From contig CAOKER010000006.1 of the NCBI GenBank assembly GCA_948467545.1, positions 664 through 64,663 on the forward strand: a stretch of 64,000 bases of DNA, in the 5' to 3' direction. Source of the stretch: an uncultured Eubacteriales bacterium (lineage in GTDB: Bacteria; Bacillota; Clostridia; Oscillospirales; CAG-272). How positions within the stretch are numbered: position 1 is the stretch's first letter; each line of letters begins with the position of its first letter. The notes beneath the pieces are model-generated. The model ran no database searches. It was given only the letters and a program-made list of their open reading frames with translations, and was not told the origin of the DNA. The position numbers and the translations under genes are program-made. Positions 49,568-59,006 of the stretch are shown in pieces.

Positions 49568-50491
49568 CTATGAACAGCGGAGACAGCTCAGTATCTGCTC
49601 CTCGATCCAATATGTAAATTCAGTTCCGGGCAGCTTCTCCTCGTACTCTTTTATCCTGAGATATTCAATCACTCCGTCCATCTGTCCCTCCCAAATATCA
49701 GCAAAACAAAAATCATACCGACCGATTTGAACAGAGTCAAGATATTCATATGCGTCCGACTGAACGATACGTATTTTTCCGCCCTTTGCGAACTGCGGCA
49801 GAATATTCTTTTTAAAAAGCTCAATTATTTCCGGCTGGCGCTCCACAATTGTAATCTCGTCTACATTTTCCTTTTCCGAAACTATGTACGGGTAATATCC
49901 GATTCCGAGACCGAGAACAAGAACTCTGCCGTGCGCCCGACTAATTTGATCCTGCATCGAGGATATTTCGGAGGGGCAGACACTTACCCACGGAATTACC
50001 CCCTCGTATATGCTCGGAAAAGCCACAAGCTCAGGAAAGAAACCAAGCCGAGGTACAACAATATCGGATTCAAAATCGGGCATTTCATGCTGAAAAATCT
50101 CCCCGCGGTCATATGTTACGGCCATCAGTGCAAAATTTCCGATTTTTGCACTGGGAACAAAAATATTGAGCAGATACGGATCTCGGTAAAACTCTCTTAC
50201 CGTAAACATACGCGCGCGGCCGAACAGCTCCTTTAAATACCTGTCATCGGTCCGCCGCCAGATGTCAAGCTTATCGCAGAGTTTCTTTATCACATAGAAC
50301 TTTTCAAACTCATTTTCATCCGCACTGCAGTCTCCGAGCAGTCCGGCATGACGGTATCCCTCAAGGCTTACTTCGGAAATACCCAGCTTCGCGCCTTTAA
50401 GCTCGGATTCGGTATAATCTATAACGAGATCGCCTCCGTTTATCATTGAGGCAATCTCGGCGCTGATTTTTAACGATTCATCCTTTGTCAT
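49568..50491 (-). CDS. Hypothetical protein with a spermidine-synthase-like SAM-binding fold
   Basis: VLVLGLGIGY..ITIVE..DA..YDFCFADIW. Confidence 0.65.
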   Translation of the reverse strand: MTKDESLKISAEIASMINGGDLVIDYTESELKGAKLGISEVSLEGYRHAGLLGDCSADENEFEKFYVIKKLCDKLDIWRRTDDRYLKELFGRARMFTVREFYRDPYLLNIFVPSAKIGNFALMAVTYDRGEIFQHEMPDFESDIVVPRLGFFPELVAFPSIYEGVIPWVSVCPSEISSMQDQISRAHGRVLVLGLGIGYYPYIVSEKENVDEITIVERQPEIIELFKKNILPQFAKGGKIRIVQSDAYEYLDSVQIGRYDFCFADIWEGQMDGVIEYLRIKEYEEKLPGTEFTYWIEEQILSCLRCS

Positions 50492-50500
50492 ATCTTTATT

Positions 50501-50947
50501 TTACGCCTTCTGCGCCTCTGAAATTGCAAAGGTAATCTCACAGTTTGCGGCAAGCTCTCCGTTTACATAAGCTTTCGCTTCCGCAAAGCCGATGTTTCCG
50601 CGCTGCGAAGTCAAGACCGACTCAAGCTCCAGCACATCGCCCGGAACAACCTGTCTTCTGAAGCGGCAATTCTTGATTGCTCCGAAAAACGCAAGCTTCC
50701 CGCGGTTTTCCGGCAAGGAAAGTATCGCGACAGCGCCGACCTGCGCCAAAGCTTCGACAATCAGAACTCCCGGCATGACCTTATATCCCGGAAAATGACC
50801 GGTAAAAAAATTTTCGCCCGCAGATACGCATTTTATGCCCTTTGCCCATTTGCCCTCCTCTCCGTCAACAATTCTGTCGACTAAAAGAAAAGGATATCGG
50901 TGCGGCAAAATTTTTTCGATTTCGTCAATATTCATCTGCAATCCCAT
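50501..50947 (-). CDS. fabZ: 3-hydroxyacyl-ACP dehydratase
   Basis: [26 protein letters not shown]. Confidence 0.97.
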   Translation of the reverse strand: MGLQMNIDEIEKILPHRYPFLLVDRIVDGEEGKWAKGIKCVSAGENFFTGHFPGYKVMPGVLIVEALAQVGAVAILSLPENRGKLAFFGAIKNCRFRRQVVPGDVLELESVLTSQRGNIGFAEAKAYVNGELAANCEITFAISEAQKA

Positions 50948-51022
50948 ATGTTTTCACCATACTTTCTCATTTATTAAAGGCCGGGGCCCGTCTCGGATGT
51001 TCCGACAGTTAAATATCCGCCG

Positions 51023-52258
51023 TCACTCCGCCTTTCGGAATATCAAAGACGCATTATGACCGCCGAAGCCGAGAGAATTAGACATCGCATATTCTATATC
51101 GGCACACCTGCCCTCGTTCGGAACAACATCCAAATCACATTCCGGATCGGGCACACGATAATTGATTGTAGCGGGAATAAAGCCGTCCCGAAGCGCAAAT
51201 CCGCAAAGTATTGCTTCAACAGCTCCCGCAGCGCCGAGCAGGTGTCCGGTCATCGACTTTGTACTGCTTACGGCAAGAGATGCGGCATGCTCTCCAAAAA
51301 CGCTGTGAATCGCACGGGTTTCACACAGATCATTCATTTTTGTAGATGTTCCGTGAGCGTTGATATAATCAATCCGGTCAGGCTGTATTCCGGCGTCGTC
51401 AAGCGCCCATCTCATGCAGTTTGCGGCTCCGCTGCCGTCCTCACACGGAGAAGTAATATGAAAAGCGTCGCATGACGCGCCGTATCCGCATATCTCAAAC
51501 AGAATATCGGCTCCGCGTGCTTTCGCATGCTCGTATTCTTCCATCAGAAGTATTCCGGCGCCCTCTCCCAAAACAAAGCCGCTGCGCTCCAAATCGAACG
51601 GTATTGACGCGCGGTCTGCGTTTTCGGATTCACAAAGCGCCCTCATGCTGGTAAATCCGCCGATTGCAAGCGGTGTGACACATGCCTCACAGCCTCCGCA
51701 AATCATAACGTCCTGATACCCGTCTCTTATATTTCTGAAGCTGTCTCCTATAGCATTGGTTCCTCCGGCGCATGCCGTAACCGTACAGGAGCAAAGCCCG
51801 CGAAGTCCGTATTTAATAGCAACCTCTCCCGCCGCCATATTGCTTATGCACATCGGTATAAAAAACGGAGAAACACGGTCAAAGCCCTTTTCAAGACCTT
51901 TCTGCTCCTCGGCTTCTATAACGTCGAGCCCTCCGATTCCGGATGATATAAGCGTGCCGCAGCGTTCCCGATTTTCCGCCGAAAAATCAATGCCGCTCTG
52001 TTTTACAGCCTCTTCTGCCGCAAGCTTTGCAAGCTTTGTAAAACGCGCCATTCTTTTTGCTTCTTTTCTGTCGAACTGAGCGTCAACATCATAGTTTTTT
52101 ATCTCCGCCGCCAGTTTAACACGGCGGTCTGCTGTATCGTACACTGAAATCGGCGCTATACCGCAAGCGCCGGCTTTCGCCGACGCCCAAGTGTCCGACG
52201 CGCTGTTTCCGATAGGCGTCAGCGCTCCGACGCCGGTTACCACTACTCTTCTTTTCAT
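51023..52258 (-). CDS. fabF: 3-oxoacyl-ACP synthase II
   Basis: TACA, NAHGTST, KSMTGH, GFGGHN. Confidence 0.97.
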   Translation of the reverse strand: MKRRVVVTGVGALTPIGNSASDTWASAKAGACGIAPISVYDTADRRVKLAAEIKNYDVDAQFDRKEAKRMARFTKLAKLAAEEAVKQSGIDFSAENRERCGTLISSGIGGLDVIEAEEQKGLEKGFDRVSPFFIPMCISNMAAGEVAIKYGLRGLCSCTVTACAGGTNAIGDSFRNIRDGYQDVMICGGCEACVTPLAIGGFTSMRALCESENADRASIPFDLERSGFVLGEGAGILLMEEYEHAKARGADILFEICGYGASCDAFHITSPCEDGSGAANCMRWALDDAGIQPDRIDYINAHGTSTKMNDLCETRAIHSVFGEHAASLAVSSTKSMTGHLLGAAGAVEAILCGFALRDGFIPATINYRVPDPECDLDVVPNEGRCADIEYAMSNSLGFGGHNASLIFRKAE

Positions 52259-52329
52259 ATAAAAAACAAACCTTTCTTATTCCGTACAGGATATCGGAAG
52301 TATCGCCGAAAAATCCATAAAAAACACGA

Positions 52330-52487
52330 TCACGGTTATTTAATTTCAAGATTATTTAATGTCACGGTTTTTTAAATTCATAGTTATTTAAATTCACGTT
52401 TTTTTAACTTCACGGTTTTTAACTTCACGGTTATTTAATCTCGCGATTATTTAATGTTACAATTATTTAGTTCACGATTATTTAAAT
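52330..52487. repeat. 10 x 15-16-bp degenerate tandem array (TCACGGTTATTTAAAT) between fabG and fabF
   Basis: Contiguous variant units read directly from the sequence. Confidence 0.9.
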
Positions 52488-52615
52488 TCTGAAATCAGCC
52501 TTTTACCGCCCTGCAGTCATCCCCTTATTCTCTCAGCCGCTCAGCAGATCAGGCACCTCAAATGCCTCTCCCGGACGCCTCAGACTCAAGGAACTCTCCG
52601 TCGCGCCTGCTTATA

Positions 52616-53362
52616 CTACAGGCTCATGCCGCCGTCAACCGTAAGCACCTGTCCGGTAATATACGACGCAGACTGTCCGGCAAGAAACAAAACGGCGTCC
52701 GCAATATCTCCCGGCTGACCGGGACGCTTCAGCGGAACGGAAGAAAGCATACTTTCACGCAGCTTTTCCGCAAGCACACCGGTCATATCCGTCTCGACAA
52801 ATCCGGGTGCAACCGAATTGACACGTATCCCCCATGCAGCAAATTCCTTTGCAAGAGATTTTGTAAGTCCGATTACACCGGCCTTGCTGGCAGCATAGTT
52901 AGCTTGTCCGGCATTGCCTGAAATTCCTACAATACTGCTTATATTAACAATAGAGCCGCTTCGCTGTTTCATCATATACTTTCCCGCAGCCCTGCAGCAC
53001 AGAAAACAGCCTTTGAGATTAACACCGATAACACTGTCAAAATCTTCATCGCTCATACGCAGAGCAAGTCCGTCACGCGTTATCCCGGCATTATTTACGA
53101 GAACGTCAAGTCTGCCGAAGGTTTTAACGGCAAAATCCGTCATAGCGCTGACTTCCTCAGCACTTGCAACGCTTCCTTTAAAAAGAGCCGCGTGTCCTCC
53201 CGCAGATTCAATCTCGCTTAATGTCTGTCGGGCAGCCTCGTCATTTCCGCAATAATTCAGAACGACATCCGCGCCCTCTGCCGCAAAGGCCATTGCGATT
53301 CCACGGCCGATTCCGCGGCTCGCTCCGGTAACTAAAACACTCTTTCCGGTAAAAATCCCCAT
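52616..53362 (-). CDS. fabG: 3-oxoacyl-ACP reductase
   Basis: TGASRGIG, NNAG, YAASK; start at MGIFTGK after GGGAG. Confidence 0.96.
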   Translation of the reverse strand: MGIFTGKSVLVTGASRGIGRGIAMAFAAEGADVVLNYCGNDEAARQTLSEIESAGGHAALFKGSVASAEEVSAMTDFAVKTFGRLDVLVNNAGITRDGLALRMSDEDFDSVIGVNLKGCFLCCRAAGKYMMKQRSGSIVNISSIVGISGNAGQANYAASKAGVIGLTKSLAKEFAAWGIRVNSVAPGFVETDMTGVLAEKLRESMLSSVPLKRPGQPGDIADAVLFLAGQSASYITGQVLTVDGGMSL

Positions 53363-53572
53363 ATTAATCTCCCTGATAAAAAATATACTATGCAAAAATT
53401 CATTCAAGCCGTTCCGTAAACAATCACTCAACAACAGTCTTTTCACCGCCGACGGTTCTGATGTCAGACTTTCGACGGCAGCCATTATACTGTCGATCGT
53501 TCCGTCTGCAGTTATTCTTCCGTAAACAATTCGACCGACCGTTATGAGGTTTATGACATACGTTTAAAAATA

Positions 53573-54499
53573 TCATTCAGCACAGAGCGCAGAACAGACG
53601 GCCTCAAATCCTTCGGCGTCGTCAAAGCCGTATGTCTTTATCTCAGGTGCAGTCTTGCGTATAAAGCCGGAAAGCACCTTTCCGGGGCCGATTTCCAGAA
53701 CCGTATCAATTCCCGACTCCGAAAAAACGCGTATTGTATCTTCAAAATAAACACTGCTTGAAATCTGCCTCACAAGCAGGTCTTTTATAGATTCGTCTTC
53801 ATTTCTGCCGCGGCCGAGACAATTGAAAATAACGGGAATCTCAGGCTCGCCGAAAGAAAAGCGTGCAAGCTCCGCTTCAAGCTTTTTCCCAGCCTCCTTC
53901 ATCAGCGACGTATGAAACGGCCCGCTGACATTAAGCGGGACGACTCTTTTCGCGCCGAGCTCCAAAGCGATTCTGCCGGCCTTCTCCACAGCCGCCCGGT
54001 CTCCTCCTATTACAGTCTGTGTCGGGCAGTTGAAGTTTGACGGCTCCGCAACGCCTATATCCGAAGCCTGAAGGCATGCCTCGCGTATTTTACCGCGCTC
54101 AAGATTCATTACGGCGATCATGCCGCACTCGCGCCCCTCAACACTGTCCGCCATGATCTTTCCGCGTATTCCGACCAGACGCACCGCGTCGGCAGGAGAA
54201 AGACTTCCGGCACAGCTCAGCGCGGAATACTCTCCGAGGCTGAGCCCTGCCGCCATCCGAGGTTTGATTCCAACCGATTCAAGCAATGCGGCGGCAGATA
54301 CGGCAAACGCCACCATACACGGCTGCGTGACCTCTGTACGAGAAAGCTCGGACAGAGGAGAATCAAAACAGTATCTCCGTATCTTATCATCCGCCACGCT
54401 GTCAAAGGTATCGCGAAAGACAGGATATTTTTCATAAAGATCCCGTCCCATTCCCTCCTTCTGACTTCCCTGACCGGCAAATACAAAAGCAAGCTTCAT
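53573..54499 (-). CDS. fabD: Malonyl-CoA:ACP transacylase
   Basis: [17 protein letters not shown]. Confidence 0.96.
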   Translation of the reverse strand: MKLAFVFAGQGSQKEGMGRDLYEKYPVFRDTFDSVADDKIRRYCFDSPLSELSRTEVTQPCMVAFAVSAAALLESVGIKPRMAAGLSLGEYSALSCAGSLSPADAVRLVGIRGKIMADSVEGRECGMIAVMNLERGKIREACLQASDIGVAEPSNFNCPTQTVIGGDRAAVEKAGRIALELGAKRVVPLNVSGPFHTSLMKEAGKKLEAELARFSFGEPEIPVIFNCLGRGRNEDESIKDLLVRQISSSVYFEDTIRVFSESGIDTVLEIGPGKVLSGFIRKTAPEIKTYGFDDAEGFEAVCSALCAE

Positions 54500-54642
54500 A
54501 TAAACACCTCATGCCGCCTCCGCGGCTTTAATACCTCAAATAAATTCACAAAATCCAAGATTCTGACTTTCGGGACCGAAACAAAGTCTGCTCCAAAAAT
54601 ACAGCTGCGGTTTTCCGTAAAGTTACCAATACTCTCAGACGC

Positions 54643-55578
54643 TCAAAGTCTGTCGGCTTCAACTCGTTTAAGCTCTTCTTCATACTCGCTGTAAAGGTCT
54701 TCAAGAATTCTGCGGACAGGACGAATTGAAGTTATCATACCGCAAACCTGTCCCGCCATAAGAGAACCGGTCTTTGTATCGCCGTCATATACAGCACGGC
54801 GGAGCGAACCGAGAGTCAGCTTTTCAAGCTCGTCGCGCGGAAGCGCCTGACTTTCCATCTTTATATACTCGCGCGCCATCTGATTTTTTATAACTCTTAC
54901 CGGCGCTCCTGTTGTTCTTCCGGTTACAACAGTATCAATATCGCTCGCCTTAACTATTGCATTTTTGTAGTTTTCATGAATCGGACATTCCTCGGAGGCA
55001 AGAAAAACGGTTCCCATCTGCACGCCGCATGCACCGAGTGCCGACGCCGCCAAAATCTGCTTTCCGGACGCGATTCCGCCCGCGGCAATTACCGGAATGC
55101 CAACGGCTCCGACAACCTGCGGAACAAGTGCCATCGTAGTCAGCTCGCCGACATGTCCGCCGCTTTCGGTTCCCTCCGCAATCACTCCGTCGACTCCGTA
55201 TTTTTCCATACGGCGCGCAAGACCTACGCTCGGAACAACCGGGAAAATATTAATTCCGGCCTTTTTCCACCCCTCTATATAAGCTGCGGGATTTCCCGCT
55301 CCTGTCGTAACAACCTTTACGTTCTCCTCTATGACTATATTTGCAATTTCATCTGCCTGAGGATGCATAAGCATTATATTTACCCCGAACGGCTTGTCTG
55401 TAAGGCCGCGGCATTTACGGATTTCACCGCGCAGGGTATCCGGACTCATGCCTCCGGCCGCTATCAATCCCAAACCGCCCGCATTTGAAACCGCAGCGGC
55501 AAATTCACCGGTAGCGATATTTGCCATACCGCCCTGAATGAATGGGTATTCAATTCCTAAAATTTCGCTTATCTTCAT
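54643..55578 (-). CDS. fabK: Enoyl-ACP reductase II
   Basis: IQGGMA, PFGVN, ESGGH, AAGGI, MAGQ; fab operon context. Confidence 0.92.
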   Translation of the reverse strand: MKISEILGIEYPFIQGGMANIATGEFAAAVSNAGGLGLIAAGGMSPDTLRGEIRKCRGLTDKPFGVNIMLMHPQADEIANIVIEENVKVVTTGAGNPAAYIEGWKKAGINIFPVVPSVGLARRMEKYGVDGVIAEGTESGGHVGELTTMALVPQVVGAVGIPVIAAGGIASGKQILAASALGACGVQMGTVFLASEECPIHENYKNAIVKASDIDTVVTGRTTGAPVRVIKNQMAREYIKMESQALPRDELEKLTLGSLRRAVYDGDTKTGSLMAGQVCGMITSIRPVRRILEDLYSEYEEELKRVEADRL

Positions 55579-55610
55579 ATATATAACCATCCTTTTCGGT
55601 ATATATTGCG

Positions 55611-55633
55611 TTCAACAGGGCGCAAAGCGCCGT
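55611..55633 (+). repeat. Dispersed hairpin repeat, core only
   Basis: TTCAACAGGGCGCAAAGCGCCGT. Confidence 0.7.
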
Positions 55634-55826
55634 TCACCATATCTTCGCACATACTTGATACCGCGGCTTCATCCTTCATAAACTGCCGGTCTTCCGACCG
55701 GCAGACAAAAAAATTATACAGAGTGAGAAAAAACGACCGCGCGAGATGACCGAGGGGTAACAATCAACCTGATACACTGAAAAAACACAGGAGGAATATT
55801 GCCGATAAAACAGCTCCCGGAAGCTC

Positions 55827-56765
55827 TTACCACTCGGTAAGAACTCCGCCCCATGTCAGTCCGCCTCCGAAGCCGACACAGATGATTTTATCCCCGCGCT
55901 TCAATATTCCGCGCCGCTTCATATCGTCAAGGGCAACCGGTATGCTTGCCGACGAGATATTTCCGAATTCCTCAATGTCAACAAAAAACTTATCGGTGCT
56001 TTTCAGCTTACGGGCGATATTTGAAATAATCCGTTTGTTCGCCTGATGGCAGACAACATGATCGATATCGTCAATCGTAAGCCCGGCTTTTTCAAGCAGC
56101 TTGTTTATAACATATTCAATATGCTCCACCGCAAACTTAAAGACCTCCGAGCCGTTCATGCGAATCGGCTCCATCGGCACGTCCTTCAGTCCGACTCCGC
56201 AATAAATCATTGACTCGTCGCCGTGAGCGCCGTATTCCGAATAAAAGGCTCTGTCGTCAAGTCCGAGAACCGCGGCTCCCGCTCCGTCTCCGAAAAGCAC
56301 GCAGGTCGAACGATCCTCGAAGTTTGTAAAATTGGACAGCTTTTCGCTTCCGACAAGAAGCGCATAACGGTCATCATTCTGCATAAGCAGGCCGCGGACA
56401 ATTCCGAGACCGTATATAAATCCAGAACAGGCAGCGTTGATATCAAACGCCATAACATGATCGGGCAGACCGAGCTCTTTCTGAACAAGGCATGCCATAG
56501 AGGGCGAATGTATCTCCGACGTAAAGGACGCAACAACAACGCAGCACAGCTTTTCCGGATCAATTCCGGACTGCGACAGCGCCTTCTCCGCCGCCCTGAC
56601 CGCCATTCCTACGTTAGTGCAGTCGGAAGCAAAGTGACGGCGTTCAATGCCGGTTCGCGTCCGAATCCACTCGTCGTTCGTGTCTACGATTTTGCTCATA
56701 TCGTCGTTGGTTACAACTTTATCCGGAATATACGATGCAATCGAGTAAAATTTTATACCTTTCAT
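55827..56765 (-). CDS. fabH: 3-oxoacyl-ACP synthase III
   Basis: WIRTRTGI, AACSGF, HQAN, GNISSAS, GFGGG. Confidence 0.96.
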   Translation of the reverse strand: MKGIKFYSIASYIPDKVVTNDDMSKIVDTNDEWIRTRTGIERRHFASDCTNVGMAVRAAEKALSQSGIDPEKLCCVVVASFTSEIHSPSMACLVQKELGLPDHVMAFDINAACSGFIYGLGIVRGLLMQNDDRYALLVGSEKLSNFTNFEDRSTCVLFGDGAGAAVLGLDDRAFYSEYGAHGDESMIYCGVGLKDVPMEPIRMNGSEVFKFAVEHIEYVINKLLEKAGLTIDDIDHVVCHQANKRIISNIARKLKSTDKFFVDIEEFGNISSASIPVALDDMKRRGILKRGDKIICVGFGGGLTWGGVLTEW

Positions 56766-57601
56766 TATTCAGTCTGTTCCTTTCCTGATGTCATTTCCGA
56801 CAACGCGCCGATCTTTCTGAATCGCATATAACGCTGCTCAGAAAGCTCCGGCCCGCTCATTTTCATTAACCGATCAAGCTCGGTCTGAAGAGCGGCGTCC
56901 AGATTCTGAATAACAACATCCGCATTCCCGTGAGCGCCGTTCTCCCCCTCTTCTACAATACGGTCGACAACCCCAAAGCGGTATAAATCGGTTGCGGTCA
57001 GCTTCATAACCTCACATGCCTCGTCAACACGGGACGAATCCTTCCAGAGAATCGATGCAAAGCCCTCCGGAGAAAGTATGGAATAGATAGCGTTTTCAAG
57101 CATGATTACCGTATTCGCCACACCGAGAGCAAGCGCTCCTCCGCTCCCTCCCTCTCCTATCAGCACGGCAATTACCGGAACATGCAGATCGCTGAACAGC
57201 GCAAGGCATGAGGCTATCGCCTCCGCCTGCCCCTTTTGTTCCGCCTCGACTCCCGGATACGCACCGGGCGTATCTATCCATGTTATTATCGGCCTGTCAA
57301 ACTTCTCTGCCTGACGAGCAAGGCGCTGCGCCTTTCTGTAACCGCACGGAATCGGCATTCCAAACCTATAGAGAAGATTCTCGTCAAGATTTGTTCCCTT
57401 TCTTTGGCCGATCACAGTGACCGGAGTTCCGTGAAAACGGGCGATTCCGCCGAGAATGCTCGGATCGTCTCCGTCAAGGCGATCTCCGTGCATCTCAAAA
57501 AAGTCGGTAAAAAGCTCATTTAAATAATGCTGAAATCTCGGACGGTCACTGCGGTGCGCAGCCGCGACGATTTCCGCGGGAGTCAGCTTCCTTTTACTCA
57601 T
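56765..57601 (-). CDS. accA: Acetyl-CoA carboxyltransferase alpha
   Basis: HGDR, DTPGAYPG, GEGGSGGA, SPEG; start trimmed to MSKRK. Confidence 0.94.
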   Translation of the reverse strand: MSKRKLTPAEIVAAAHRSDRPRFQHYLNELFTDFFEMHGDRLDGDDPSILGGIARFHGTPVTVIGQRKGTNLDENLLYRFGMPIPCGYRKAQRLARQAEKFDRPIITWIDTPGAYPGVEAEQKGQAEAIASCLALFSDLHVPVIAVLIGEGGSGGALALGVANTVIMLENAIYSILSPEGFASILWKDSSRVDEACEVMKLTATDLYRFGVVDRIVEEGENGAHGNADVVIQNLDAALQTELDRLMKMSGPELSEQRYMRFRKIGALSEMTSGKEQTE

Positions 57602-57655
57602 AATTACAGTCATACCTTTCGTACGTACTAAATCGAAACTCCGTTCGGCTTCAGC

Positions 57656-57727
57656 CGTTTCATTCGTTTCATTCGTTTCATTCGTTTCATTCGTTTCATT
57701 CGTTTTATTCGTTTTATTCGTTTTATT
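57656..57727. repeat. 8 x 9-bp tandem array (5 x CGTTTCATT, then 3 x CGTTTTATT)
   Basis: Perfect units read directly from the sequence. Confidence 0.95.
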
Positions 57728-57810
57728 TCGCATGAAACAAACAGCACAGCGCAAAGCATTTGCCTTACACACAAATCTGTAAGTCTGAATTTGTCTGCCG
57801 CAAGAGAAAG

Positions 57811-57946
57811 AACAGAAAAAAACACTAAAAACTATTGCTTTATTACCACTCATCGCTCTGCGGTTTGAGTCTATTTGCCGTGTGTAAAAAACAGAAACAA
57901 CAGTGAAAAACTATTGCCGTATCACCAATCATTGCCCTGCCGGTCT
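57811..57946. repeat. Diverged direct duplication of about 80 bp just after the accD stop
   Basis: aacagaaa..aaaaactattgc..accactcatcgctctgcgg versus aacagaaac..aaaaactattgcc..accaatcattgccctgccgg. Confidence 0.7.
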
Positions 57947-57949
57947 AAT

Positions 57950-58819
57950 TCACTTACTGTGCAGACGGAGAAGATCGGCAATCACGTCCTTCTGGTCTCT
58001 CCGCTGTACAATTGCATCCAAAAATCCGTTCTGAAGCAGATTTTCGGATGACTGGAAACCGTCGGGAAGCTTCTGGCGGATCGTCTGCTCGATTACTCTC
58101 GGTCCCGCGAATCCGATCAGGGCTCCGGGCTCAGCCAATATTATATCTCCGAGACTGGCAAAGCTTGCCGTTACTCCTCCCGTAGTAGGATTGGTCATCA
58201 CCGAAATATACAGAAGTCCCGCCTCGCTGTGGTTCTTAATCGCGGCAGCGGTTTTAGCCATCTGCATCAGAGAGTAAATTCCCTCCTGCATACGCGCGCC
58301 GCCGCTTGTGCTGTATATAACAAGCGGAAGCCTGTTCTGCTTTGCGTACTCCGCCGCCCTTGTTATTTTCTCTCCGACGGCAACGCCCATACTTCCCATC
58401 AGAAAACGATTGTCGAGAACACCGGCGACCGTTCGCACTCCGCCGATATGCCCGACCGCGGTTTTTACAGCCTCCTGCATTCCGGTTTTTTTCTGTACTT
58501 TTGCGAATTTATCCATATAATCCGGAAATGAAATCGGATCGTTTCCGACAAGATTTTCATTGAGCTCCGTAAATTCACCGTTATCGTACAGCATTCTCAG
58601 ACGGGTTTTTGCTCGGATGGGAAAATGGTATCCGCACCTCTCGCATATATATAAATTCTTGGACAGTATCTGCTTTTCAGTGCTGCTGTGACATTTCGGG
58701 CACTGTATAAACAAATTTTCCGGAACATCGGTACGCTGTTCTGTCTTTTTGCGTCCTCTGTTCAAAAGGCTTAGGACGCTGCCCACGCGCTCCTTTTTAT
58801 TGCTAAACGGATTATTCAT
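57950..58819 (-). CDS. accD: Acetyl-CoA carboxyltransferase beta
   Basis: CxxC..CxxC zinc finger, GSMG, SGGARMQEG, GFAGPRVI. Confidence 0.96.
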   Translation of the reverse strand: MNNPFSNKKERVGSVLSLLNRGRKKTEQRTDVPENLFIQCPKCHSSTEKQILSKNLYICERCGYHFPIRAKTRLRMLYDNGEFTELNENLVGNDPISFPDYMDKFAKVQKKTGMQEAVKTAVGHIGGVRTVAGVLDNRFLMGSMGVAVGEKITRAAEYAKQNRLPLVIYSTSGGARMQEGIYSLMQMAKTAAAIKNHSEAGLLYISVMTNPTTGGVTASFASLGDIILAEPGALIGFAGPRVIEQTIRQKLPDGFQSSENLLQNGFLDAIVQRRDQKDVIADLLRLHSK

Positions 58820-58915
58820 CAGACGGAGACGCCCTCCTTAAATATTTGTCCGGCATCAAACCGGCCGAAACTCATTTTCTCAACACCGCCGACGGCCGTG
58901 CCGCAAGATTTTTCA

Positions 58916-59006
58916 GTAAGACTCATCAACCAAACTCATCAACCAAACTCATCAACCAAACTCATCAATCAGACTTATCAATCAGATTCATCAGTCAGAT
59001 TCATCA
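58916..59006 (-). repeat. 7 x 13-bp drifting tandem array whose first TGA is the accC stop
   Basis: Sense strand: TGAtgaatctgac tgatgaatctgat tgataagtctgat (tgatgagtttggt)x3 tgatgagtcttac. Confidence 0.92.

Noticed and set aside
53363-53485. Longer fabG start, and similar over-extended starts for DUF3737, miaB, spoIIAA, GNAT, the NagD-like gene and the M23 gene
   Set aside because: Family homology and RBS position favour the downstream starts.
57602-57853. N-terminal extension of AccA (NKTNETNET..) in the ORF track
   Set aside because: This is translation of the intergenic 9-bp repeat; AccA homology and a plausible RBS start at MSKRK (57601).
18691-59006. Tandem arrays as CRISPR
   Set aside because: Units are 9-21 bp and contiguous, with no unique spacers, and there are no cas genes in the window.
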